NCBI GenBank assembly: GCA_963783885.1 | Contig: CAWAPJ010000018.1 | Span: forward strand, 1 to 10,522 | From: Waddliaceae bacterium | Lineage (GTDB): Bacteria > Chlamydiota > Chlamydiia > Chlamydiales > SLFE01 | Reading direction: 5' to 3' | Length of the DNA stretch: 10,522 bases | Part shown: piece by piece, positions 1-6,870 of the stretch | Numbering within the stretch: position 1 is the first letter of the stretch | Layout of the letters: every line of letters starts with the position of its first letter | The notes under the pieces: generated by a model | The model's input: the letters and a program-made list of their open reading frames with translations, nothing else | What the model was told of the DNA's origin: nothing | Database searches by the model: none | Program-made: the position numbers and the translations under genes

Positions 1-602
1 TCAGGTGTGATCACTCCATTAGTTCCATACCGATGGATGATGAATTCATTCAATTTGGGAAATACATGATAAAGCTGTTCAATGATAAATTGATATTCGT
101 CATTTTTACTTTTGGAGGCATAGTCTGAAAGCAGTTTGACGATTAACCTTTTTCTGACTTCAGGCTCCATTTCTCTCAGGAGATTTTTAAACGTCTCTTC
201 AGCGCGGTTTTTAGTTTCATATCGATTGCTGTTTGTGTATGACGAAATAGCCTTTGCTGCTACTTTTAACGCTTTTTGGTAGGAATCGCCGTAGCGCTCG
301 AAAAAATCCTTTGTGAGCTGTTCTTCAACCAAAGCTTTCATATCATTTGCGGGTACAAGGGATTTGACTTTCCATAGGCTTTGAGAAAAAAAGGCGGGAA
401 GCTGGGTCAATGGGTGGGGGGCGGTCGACACAGCCAAGTTATTTCGCGATATGCCGGAATGCTGTATCCTGGACGGCCCTTCCCCTCCAAATCTATCTGC
501 TCTCAAAAGATCTATGTCCTGTTCTGAGAGTTCCTGTTGCTCAAAATTTGAGGATATAAGGGAATTTGTTTTTGGAAATGATTCAGAATCAGACACATGC
601 AT
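1..602 (-). CDS. Hypothetical protein, 5' part (at least 200 aa, runs off the left edge); candidate secreted effector
   Basis: Manual translation from ATG at 602-600 stays open to base 1: MHVSDSESFPKTNSLISSNFEQQELSEQDIDLLRADRFGGEGPSRIQHSG...LLREMEPEVRKRLIVKLLSDYASKSKNDEYQFIIEQLYHVFPKLNEFIIHRYGTNGVITP. An SD-like AGAGGT lies 6 nt upstream (609-614). It is absent from the ORF track because it has no stop inside the window. No family recognised. Confidence 0.8.
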   Translation of the reverse strand, partial: MHVSDSESFPKTNSLISSNFEQQELSEQDIDLLRADRFGGEGPSRIQHSGISRNNLAVSTAPHPLTQLPAFFSQSLWKVKSLVPANDMKALVEEQLTKDFFERYGDSYQKALKVAAKAISSYTNSNRYETKNRAEETFKNLLREMEPEVRKRLIVKLLSDYASKSKNDEYQFIIEQLYHVFPKLNEFIIHRYGTNGVITP

Positions 603-608
603 ATTAGA

Positions 609-626
609 ACCTCTATAACTATTATA
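609..626 (-). promoter_or_regulatory. Putative -10 box (TATAAT, 626-621) and Shine-Dalgarno (AGAGGT, 614-609) for the ORF starting at 602
   Basis: The plus strand reads attata at 621-626 and acctct at 609-614. No convincing -35 was found, and the region is very AT-rich, so a chance -10 match is possible. Confidence 0.45.
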
Positions 627-659
627 TTAAATTAAATATTTACTTTGTATTAATTTTTC

Positions 660-687
660 TTGATTTTTAACATAATATCTTTATAAT
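660..687 (+). promoter_or_regulatory. Putative sigma70-type promoter for ORF 697-1428
   Basis: TTGATT (660-665), 16-nt spacer, TATAAT (682-687), ending 9 nt before ATG 697. The AT-rich background lowers specificity. Confidence 0.5.
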
Positions 688-696
688 AATAACATT

Positions 697-1428
697 ATGA
701 ATAGTGTTAAAAGCACAGCCAGAGTTAACCCGTGGGACTATGCCGAGGATTTATCCCGGATCCCCAAAAAGGATCACTATAGTGCAGCAAAAACAGTGAT
801 TCGAGGAGACCCTAGGGCATTTTTAGCCTATCGCCCTAATTTTGCACTCAGTGATCGGCAGTTGTATAAGATACTGTTAATAATAGCGAAATCAGAAGGT
901 CGACTCATTACCGATCATATCGAAGCGGTAAAAAATGAACGATTTCGATTTAAATTGGCCTTAGAAGCCTCGAAAAATGACGGTCCAAGCGTCGCTCAGG
1001 GGTTTTCACGCTACAAAATCAGCCGCGCCGATTGGGTAAAAAAAGTCGCCCTCAGCGCCATCCAGCAAAATCCGAGGTCAACGCCAAAGCATATTCAACA
1101 ATTTCCGATATCTGAAGAAAATTTTCGTTTTGAGCTATTAAAAATTGCCGTCGAGAACGATTCCTCGAAAGCTTTGGAGCTGGTCAAAAAATTCGCAATC
1201 ACCACACCCGAATTCATATATGAGATCGCAAAGATTAAAGCCTCCAAAGATCCCTGGAATTTTATCTTCGAAATTTCAAAATGGAGCATTCCCCAAGAGA
1301 GTTGGAGAGAAGAACTTGCAATCATCGTGTCTTTAGGAAGATATCAAAAAAATGTTTCTGAAAACATTGGTGAGTTTCACTTATCCGGCTCTGCAATTGC
1401 AAGGATCAATAATCTTTTGCCCATTTGA
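697..1428 (+). CDS. Hypothetical protein made of ~30-aa tandem helical repeats (probable alpha-solenoid)
   Basis: 243-aa ORF with an upstream promoter-like motif. Exact 30-residue periodicity across aa 79-198, with degenerate copies on either side. Its 3' end overlaps the tamB 3' end by 23 bp (convergent). Confidence 0.8.
   Translation: MNSVKSTARVNPWDYAEDLSRIPKKDHYSAAKTVIRGDPRAFLAYRPNFALSDRQLYKILLIIAKSEGRLITDHIEAVKNERFRFKLALEASKNDGPSVAQGFSRYKISRADWVKKVALSAIQQNPRSTPKHIQQFPISEENFRFELLKIAVENDSSKALELVKKFAITTPEFIYEIAKIKASKDPWNFIFEISKWSIPQESWREELAIIVSLGRYQKNVSENIGEFHLSGSAIARINNLLPI
760..1383 (+). repeat. Protein-level tandem repeat, about 7 x ~30 aa
   Basis: KNERFRFKLALEASKNDGPSVAQGFSRYKI / SRADWVKKVALSAIQQNPRSTPKHIQQFPI / SEENFRFELLKIAVENDSSKALELVKKFAI / TTPEFIYEIAKIKASKDPWNFIFEISKWSI / PQESWREELAIIVSLGRYQKNVSENIGEFHL, plus weaker units at aa 22-51 and 52-78. 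Not evident as a DNA-level repeat. Confidence 0.75.
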
Positions 1429-4400
1429 GGCTCATTTTTCCTTGGGCGTTGTCGCCGATTTCGGCCTGGACTTTGAAGTGGCGGGTCAGGTTGGCTTCGA
1501 TGGCCACCTGGTTGGCTTCGGCGTTGATGCTTTTATTGAGCGAGACATAGATCCCCTGGGAGATGTATTTGCCGAGGCGGATGGAAAGTTCGTTGAGCCC
1601 TCCTGTGTCGGTGCCGCTGATATCGATGCGGTCAAGCCCCATTTTCGTTCGTATGCGGGTGAGGAAATCAGGATTGTCGCTGCTGCCGCCTAAATTGAGG
1701 ACTGACTGGGAGAGTTTGGCGACCTGAAAGGGGGTGATCTCGTCGATCCCGTGGCCAAACAGTATCCATGCCAGGATCTCTTTTTGCGACATAGGAGGAT
1801 TAGAACGGAACGTGAGGACGGGATCTGTGATGTCCCCTTTCAGGATGGCTTGGATCTTATTGTTGTCGACCTGCCGCTCGCCTATGATGTAGAGGGTTGT
1901 TTTAGCGCCGTAGCTGCCGGCGAAATGGACCGAACCTTGTGTGCTGATGAAGCTCTCGTTGTTGAATGAGTACTGCCCCTGAATGATCTGGAGGGTGCCC
2001 TGGATGAGGGGATCTTGGGTGGTTCCTGTAAATGCAAAGTCTCCCTTCCATTCGGAATCGAGGTTTCTTCCGGTAACAAAAGCTCTTTCGGGAACATGAA
2101 AATTGAGAGAGAGATCGATTGGCCAGGGTTTTTTCTTCTTCTTGTCCATAAAAGGGCTTTCTTTCACTTCATCATTAATGTAGGTGACATCGACGGTTTT
2201 CATTTGTATGGGAATCTGTTCGGGAATTTCCAAAAGTGCCGTGTCGACATGAAGGTCCCCTCTGATTTTACCCCGGCTGCTGTCGCCTGAAAGGCGGACA
2301 TTTCCGCTCATAGTCATTGAGGCGTAGTCAAGGCGCATCAAGGTCGCTTTGTCGATGGCGGCATCGAGCTCGAAAGATGTGCCTGAATCGAGAAGTATGT
2401 GGCCTGTAGCTGTTACTTTTCCGCCAAGACCGTCATGGCCGGAAAAACTTTCCAGAATGAGCTTTTTATCATTTCCGATAAGTGTCAGTTCAATATCGCT
2501 TAGGACAGCTCCCGAATTAAGGCTTTCGAATGATCCGTTTTTGATCGAAGCGTTTCCTTCGACAATTGGCAGGGCGGGGGTGCCTCCAATGATAAGTTCC
2601 ATGTCCAGCATTCCTCCGACACTTGTTGTGTCGGTGACAAAAAGATCTAAAAATGGGGCGATTTCTCCCGAAGCTTTGACAAGAGTGTGCATCCTATCGG
2701 TTTCAGGAAGTTCAATTTTGAATGGATAGAGAGAAAGTAATAGTGGAATTTCTCCGGAACAGGTTATCGGATTGGGGGAATCGTAAATCTCTCCGTCGAA
2801 TCTGAGGACCTCATTGCTGAGGACAGCTTCGGCTTTGGCTTGGCAGGCAGGCAGTTTGGCAAAAAATTCATCATAGAGCTGCAGGTCTTTGCCCTTCATG
2901 GCAATTGATCCCTGGATATTTTCCGGGGGGCCGGTCAAGCGCAAAAAGCAGGAGACAGTTCCGTTTAGGCCGAGGGCTTCGGGAAGCAAATGGTTGCAAA
3001 GGGATGTTGGAAGGTTTTTCATGTCGATTAGGCAATTGACGTCATCCGGTTGGATTGTGGCATCGACTCTGATGCTTCCTTCGCCAAACGAGAGCATAAT
3101 CACAGATGTCCGCACCTCCTCATGGAGCGCGTAGATATTGGAAGGGGAGGTCAGTTCATAAGGGATTTCGAAAATATGGCCTGACAGTATGCCTAAATGC
3201 ACAAAAAAATCATTTTTTTCCGCATGCCATTTTCCCGAAGCGTTGAGGTCGGTTTTGGTGGATTCGCTGCCGGTGGCAGTTAGGGTAAAAGGCCAGGTGT
3301 TTTTTTGATTTGTAAATGCGGTTCCGAACGAAAATTCTGTCCATTCGGTATCATTCCAAGCAACGTGATAGGCGTTGAGAGCGCATTCTCCCTGATAATC
3401 ATCCCAAAGGTGTTTGATATTTCCTTCAAGGGAAACTTTTTCACATTTTATGCCTAAAACGGCTATATCTTTTCCTTGAAGCGAGGCCTTAAGGCTCTCA
3501 TCTTCAATTTTTACCAGGAGACCCAAAGACCCTTCCAGAGGCATGTTAAGAGCTTCGCCAATCGGCCCTAAATTTTGCGCGGTGCCTTCTAATTTTCCCT
3601 CGATATGCCGATTTTGGGGATTGATATTCATGTTTCCATAAAGCGCTATCGAGGGGCATGTAATCACAAGTTTGGAGATTTTTAAGTTTTCATCCGGGGT
3701 AAACGCGGATTTGCAAGAAAAGGTGAGAGGAATGTTTTCATAGCTGGCGCCGGCAATCCATTCCCCGCTGAATTGACTGTTTTCGAAGGAGCAGACAGTT
3801 TGCGAGTGAAACTTTGTGAATGTATGTGAATCGATCCGGATCTCAGGACTCGAGCAGTTGAGCGTCATTAGAGGAGAGCGGGCGGGACCCCTGAGCAGCA
3901 AAGAGGCAGTGATCGTTCCATAGTCAAGAAATGGAAAAGGGGAGAGTTCGAGTTTCCCGTCGATAAATCCTTTTGCGTGTTCATAGCAAAGCTCACCCGA
4001 AAATGAAAGAGGGCTTTCCAAAAATTGTCCGGATAATTCGCCTATACGGATGGTCTGGCCGCTAGTGATTTCACAAATGCCCTTGAGTAAAATATGGCTT
4101 CCGATATCTTTTATTCCCGGAAGATCCATCTTCGACAGATCTGTCTGCAACTGGAAATCCCCCAGAGCAGCCCGGCTGTTTCCCGAGGCGGTCAGGTGGA
4201 GGGGTAGGGGCAAGTCGATGCCCGACAGCTTGTGGAGAAGACCTTCTTCGGACTCTTGGGCGTCGGCAATCCAGTCGCCTTTTCGCAGTGAAAAGGACAG
4301 AAAAAGAGGAGGGGAGGGGTCATTTTCGTGCGAGAGAGCCAGCCTGGCAGACAGATAATCTTGCAGCGGGTAGACAGTTAAGGAACCTTCAACGCTTATG

Positions 4401-4843
4401 CGAGGGAGCTTTTTAGGCAAGTTTTTTAGACTAAGCTTCGTGATATGAATTTTTCTAAAGGGAAGCGGAAAAGCGGTGTAAGTTGTCTCCGACTCTTGGG
4501 CAGATTCATACGTTGTCAGCCCATCGAGCTTCAATTCAGAAAAAGCTAAAGTACCGTGAAGAAAATCCCAAGGAGACACAGCGGCTTTGAAGTGATCGAG
4601 ATGAAAAATGGGGGCGCCGTCCTGAGAAACGCTTAGCCCGTCGATCGTTAGTTGAAAAGGAAGCTGTCCGTCATAATGGTCGACTTCGATTTTCCAGCCC
4701 GTTTTATACTCGACGGTTTCCAAAATTGCTTTTGTCAGTGTCTGTTTCGCAGGTTCAATACGAAACAAAGCGATAAGAGAAACGATCAACAGGAAAAGCG
4801 CCGCAAAAAAAGTCGAAAGGGCTTTAAGTAAGAATGTCCCCAT
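1406..4843 (-). CDS. tamB: Translocation and assembly module inner-membrane subunit TamB (AsmA-like, C-terminal DUF490)
   Basis: 1145 aa with an N-terminal signal-anchor (ALSTFFAALFLLIVSLIALF) and a long beta-rich body. The C-terminal region has TamB/DUF490-type motifs (VTGRNLDSEWKG, FRSNPPMSQKEILAWILFG, LGKYISQGIYVS, terminal LKWAKDY). It starts 3 bp downstream of an Omp85-family gene. Confidence 0.9.
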   Translation of the reverse strand: MGTFLLKALSTFFAALFLLIVSLIALFRIEPAKQTLTKAILETVEYKTGWKIEVDHYDGQLPFQLTIDGLSVSQDGAPIFHLDHFKAAVSPWDFLHGTLAFSELKLDGLTTYESAQESETTYTAFPLPFRKIHITKLSLKNLPKKLPRISVEGSLTVYPLQDYLSARLALSHENDPSPPLFLSFSLRKGDWIADAQESEEGLLHKLSGIDLPLPLHLTASGNSRAALGDFQLQTDLSKMDLPGIKDIGSHILLKGICEITSGQTIRIGELSGQFLESPLSFSGELCYEHAKGFIDGKLELSPFPFLDYGTITASLLLRGPARSPLMTLNCSSPEIRIDSHTFTKFHSQTVCSFENSQFSGEWIAGASYENIPLTFSCKSAFTPDENLKISKLVITCPSIALYGNMNINPQNRHIEGKLEGTAQNLGPIGEALNMPLEGSLGLLVKIEDESLKASLQGKDIAVLGIKCEKVSLEGNIKHLWDDYQGECALNAYHVAWNDTEWTEFSFGTAFTNQKNTWPFTLTATGSESTKTDLNASGKWHAEKNDFFVHLGILSGHIFEIPYELTSPSNIYALHEEVRTSVIMLSFGEGSIRVDATIQPDDVNCLIDMKNLPTSLCNHLLPEALGLNGTVSCFLRLTGPPENIQGSIAMKGKDLQLYDEFFAKLPACQAKAEAVLSNEVLRFDGEIYDSPNPITCSGEIPLLLSLYPFKIELPETDRMHTLVKASGEIAPFLDLFVTDTTSVGGMLDMELIIGGTPALPIVEGNASIKNGSFESLNSGAVLSDIELTLIGNDKKLILESFSGHDGLGGKVTATGHILLDSGTSFELDAAIDKATLMRLDYASMTMSGNVRLSGDSSRGKIRGDLHVDTALLEIPEQIPIQMKTVDVTYINDEVKESPFMDKKKKKPWPIDLSLNFHVPERAFVTGRNLDSEWKGDFAFTGTTQDPLIQGTLQIIQGQYSFNNESFISTQGSVHFAGSYGAKTTLYIIGERQVDNNKIQAILKGDITDPVLTFRSNPPMSQKEILAWILFGHGIDEITPFQVAKLSQSVLNLGGSSDNPDFLTRIRTKMGLDRIDISGTDTGGLNELSIRLGKYISQGIYVSLNKSINAEANQVAIEANLTRHFKVQAEIGDNAQGKMSLKWAKDY

Positions 4844-4846
4844 AGT

Positions 4847-6718
4847 TTAAAAAGCCTGCCCCACGCTAAAATAGAATTCGCAGACGCTGTCGATGTAATC
4901 CCCGTTTGACCTTTTCCTCCTGTTGAGCGGAAAGGCGACATCAGCCCGAAGAGGCCCTACGGGCGTTTGGTACCTAAGTCCACAGCCTGCCGATTGCAGC
5001 TGCTTATGGCTGAAGTCGGGGACTATCGTGCTGTAGACATTCCCCACTTCATAGAATGCCACCCAGCCCAATTTTTCTCCAATTCTGTTTCTAAGCTCAA
5101 GGGAGTATACCATAAGGGAACGCCCGCCGATCGGCAGTCCGGTAGGTCCCAGCGGGCTGACAGTCATATAATTGTATCCCCGTAAAATGCATTCGTTTCC
5201 CGCGTAAAATCTCTCGGGCGGGGGAATGGTCCTGTTGCTGGCTCCAAATATCGTTCCCAAATCCACTTTGCCGGCAAGAGTCCACCTCTCAGCCCGATCG
5301 AGCGAATAATAAGATGTGCCCACAAAAGTTTGAATATAATAGATAAAATTGTTTCCCAAGATGCTCCACGTGGGAATGAGTTTTAAATTCAATGACATGC
5401 CTCTTGTCGGATCCATCAAATTGTTGGCGTTGCTCCATCTTAAGTGCAAAGGCGCTTTGAGAAGGCTGAAATTGCTGTCTTTATCCGACTTGGAATACAG
5501 CTCTTTGAACTGAATACCGTAGGATACTCTTGTGCAAAAGTTAACCTGCCGTTCTATTAGATTGGCGATGCTGTAGAACGTTTCGGTAAATCCGGCGGTT
5601 TTTTCATGTTCAAACTCGCCAATCCACAAAATATCCTGCCCCAAAATCCGGTAATCGGGCTGCCTGTACATCAAAGCGCCCCTTTGCCTGATTCCACTGA
5701 CATCAGCGAGCACCCTGAAGCGCTCGCCCAATCCCCGCATATTTCTCAGCTCCCATTCGGCTAAAATACCCGGACCCAGCTGGGTTGTGTAGCTCGCTCC
5801 CAAGGCGACAGTTCTGTGTTTGCTCTCAATCAAGTCGATGGTGATCGGCAGCTGCCCGCAATCATCTAGCTCTTCGTCTGCCGAGATGGTGACCGAGGCA
5901 AAAAGCCCCGACTCTTCGATATCCTGCTGGGTTTTTTCCAAATAATGGGGGTTGAAAGGGGTGCCGATACCCCAAAGGATTTTGCGGCAAATGAACCGAG
6001 GGTTGACGCCGCTGAGTCCTTTAATGGTTGTGGGACCGAAGACAACCGGAAGGCCTGTGTCGACGCGGAGCCTGACGGATATTGTTTTGTTGTCCTCGTC
6101 GGCGATTACCTCTCTGCTATGAATTCTGGCTAAAGGATACCCTTTCCAGGCAAGGATCTGCAGCAGGCGGGTTTCCGCCTCGAGAATTTGCTCCGGGTAA
6201 GCCGGGTGCCCCAAAGTAATTCCCAGATCTTGGATAGAAATGCAAAGAAGAGGGGAGTCGTTAAACAATTCTCTTTCGGGAAGCGGCAGGATTTCAAAGC
6301 TTTGGAAGGGATACACTTGTCCTGGATCGATAAGAACCCGGATGACATAAGGAGTTTGCTGAGTGTCGATTGTAAAGCTGATATCCGGCTTATAGTATCC
6401 CAGAGTCTGCATGGCCTTGACAAGGTTGGGAATATCGGCCTCAACCCGCCTGTTTAGGGCGGTTCTGGTTGCGGGGGGGTGCTTTTTTAAAGTCTCCAGC
6501 TGAGAGACAGACTTGAGCAAATCAATCAATTCTTTATTTGATATTCCTTCATATTCAATAATATATGGCGATTGCCGGGATTCGCTTGCCTGGCTTCGAC
6601 GCTCCCATTCGGAGTCGTCTGAATGGTCCTTTGTCCAGGTTGTGTGCTCTTCCCGGGATTCGGCGAATACGCCGGCAAAAGAAACCGTAAAAATGAGTAA
6701 AAATAAGTATCTGGTCAT
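4847..6718 (-). CDS. tamA: Omp85/TamA-family outer-membrane protein (signal peptide, POTRA domains, beta-barrel)
   Basis: 623 aa with a signal peptide (MTRYLFLLIFTVSFAGVFA). POTRA-type motifs MQTLGYY, LAWKGYPLA and IEESGLFASV indicate three POTRAs. Barrel motifs RFYAGNECILRGY, GLRYQTPVGPLRADVAFPL and C-terminal FYFSVGQAF are present. Size and position directly upstream of tamB favour TamA over BamA. Confidence 0.87.
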   Translation of the reverse strand: MTRYLFLLIFTVSFAGVFAESREEHTTWTKDHSDDSEWERRSQASESRQSPYIIEYEGISNKELIDLLKSVSQLETLKKHPPATRTALNRRVEADIPNLVKAMQTLGYYKPDISFTIDTQQTPYVIRVLIDPGQVYPFQSFEILPLPERELFNDSPLLCISIQDLGITLGHPAYPEQILEAETRLLQILAWKGYPLARIHSREVIADEDNKTISVRLRVDTGLPVVFGPTTIKGLSGVNPRFICRKILWGIGTPFNPHYLEKTQQDIEESGLFASVTISADEELDDCGQLPITIDLIESKHRTVALGASYTTQLGPGILAEWELRNMRGLGERFRVLADVSGIRQRGALMYRQPDYRILGQDILWIGEFEHEKTAGFTETFYSIANLIERQVNFCTRVSYGIQFKELYSKSDKDSNFSLLKAPLHLRWSNANNLMDPTRGMSLNLKLIPTWSILGNNFIYYIQTFVGTSYYSLDRAERWTLAGKVDLGTIFGASNRTIPPPERFYAGNECILRGYNYMTVSPLGPTGLPIGGRSLMVYSLELRNRIGEKLGWVAFYEVGNVYSTIVPDFSHKQLQSAGCGLRYQTPVGPLRADVAFPLNRRKRSNGDYIDSVCEFYFSVGQAF

Positions 6719-6732
6719 GTCTTATATACAGT

Positions 6733-6761
6733 AGTTTACCCTTGGAAAGCATTGCTTTCAA
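6733..6761 (-). promoter_or_regulatory. Putative sigma70/sigma66 promoter of tamAB
   Basis: The minus strand reads TTGAAA (6761-6756), 17-nt spacer, TAAACT (6738-6733), ending 14 nt before the tamA ATG. Confidence 0.6.
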
Positions 6762-6774
6762 TTCAATGATTGAA
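6745..6774. repeat. Two adjacent short inverted repeats overlapping or abutting the tamAB -35 box
   Basis: GAAAGC-att-GCTTTC (6745-6759) and TTCAAT-g-ATTGAA (6762-6774); both have perfect 6-bp arms. Confidence 0.6.
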
Positions 6775-6870
6775 AAAGTAAGCATTTCGGGGTTCATGGG
6801 GATTTTCTAATTATCTTAATAATTTTTTAACTATTTTAATATATTATCATCAAAAACAAAGAAATATTTA

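Noticed and set aside
1095-1336. ORFs 1095-1325 (-) and 1145-1336 (+)
   Set aside because: Both are nested within the repeat-protein gene, whose frame is supported by the 30-aa periodicity.
2125-2150. Lys run (DKKKKKPW) in TamB as a possible phase-variation tract or NLS
   Set aside because: It is encoded by mixed AAG/AAA codons with only a short homopolymer, the frame is intact, and it lies in a variable linker of a periplasmic protein.
1352-4358. Plus-strand ORFs 1352-1693, 1751-1969, 2015-2290, 2349-2729, 2889-3134, 4050-4358 and minus-strand 1882-2097
   Set aside because: They are antisense or off-frame shadows of tamB, with no recognisable motifs or RBS.
4847-6718. Calling the Omp85 gene bamA
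   Set aside because: At 623 aa it is too short for five POTRA domains plus a barrel, and it is directly coupled to tamB.
4967-6797. Short ORFs overlapping tamA (4967-5185, 5097-5285, 5945-6133, 6130-6444, 6188-6457, 6513-6734, 6555-6797)
   Set aside because: They lie within or largely overlap a well-supported gene and have no protein-like features.
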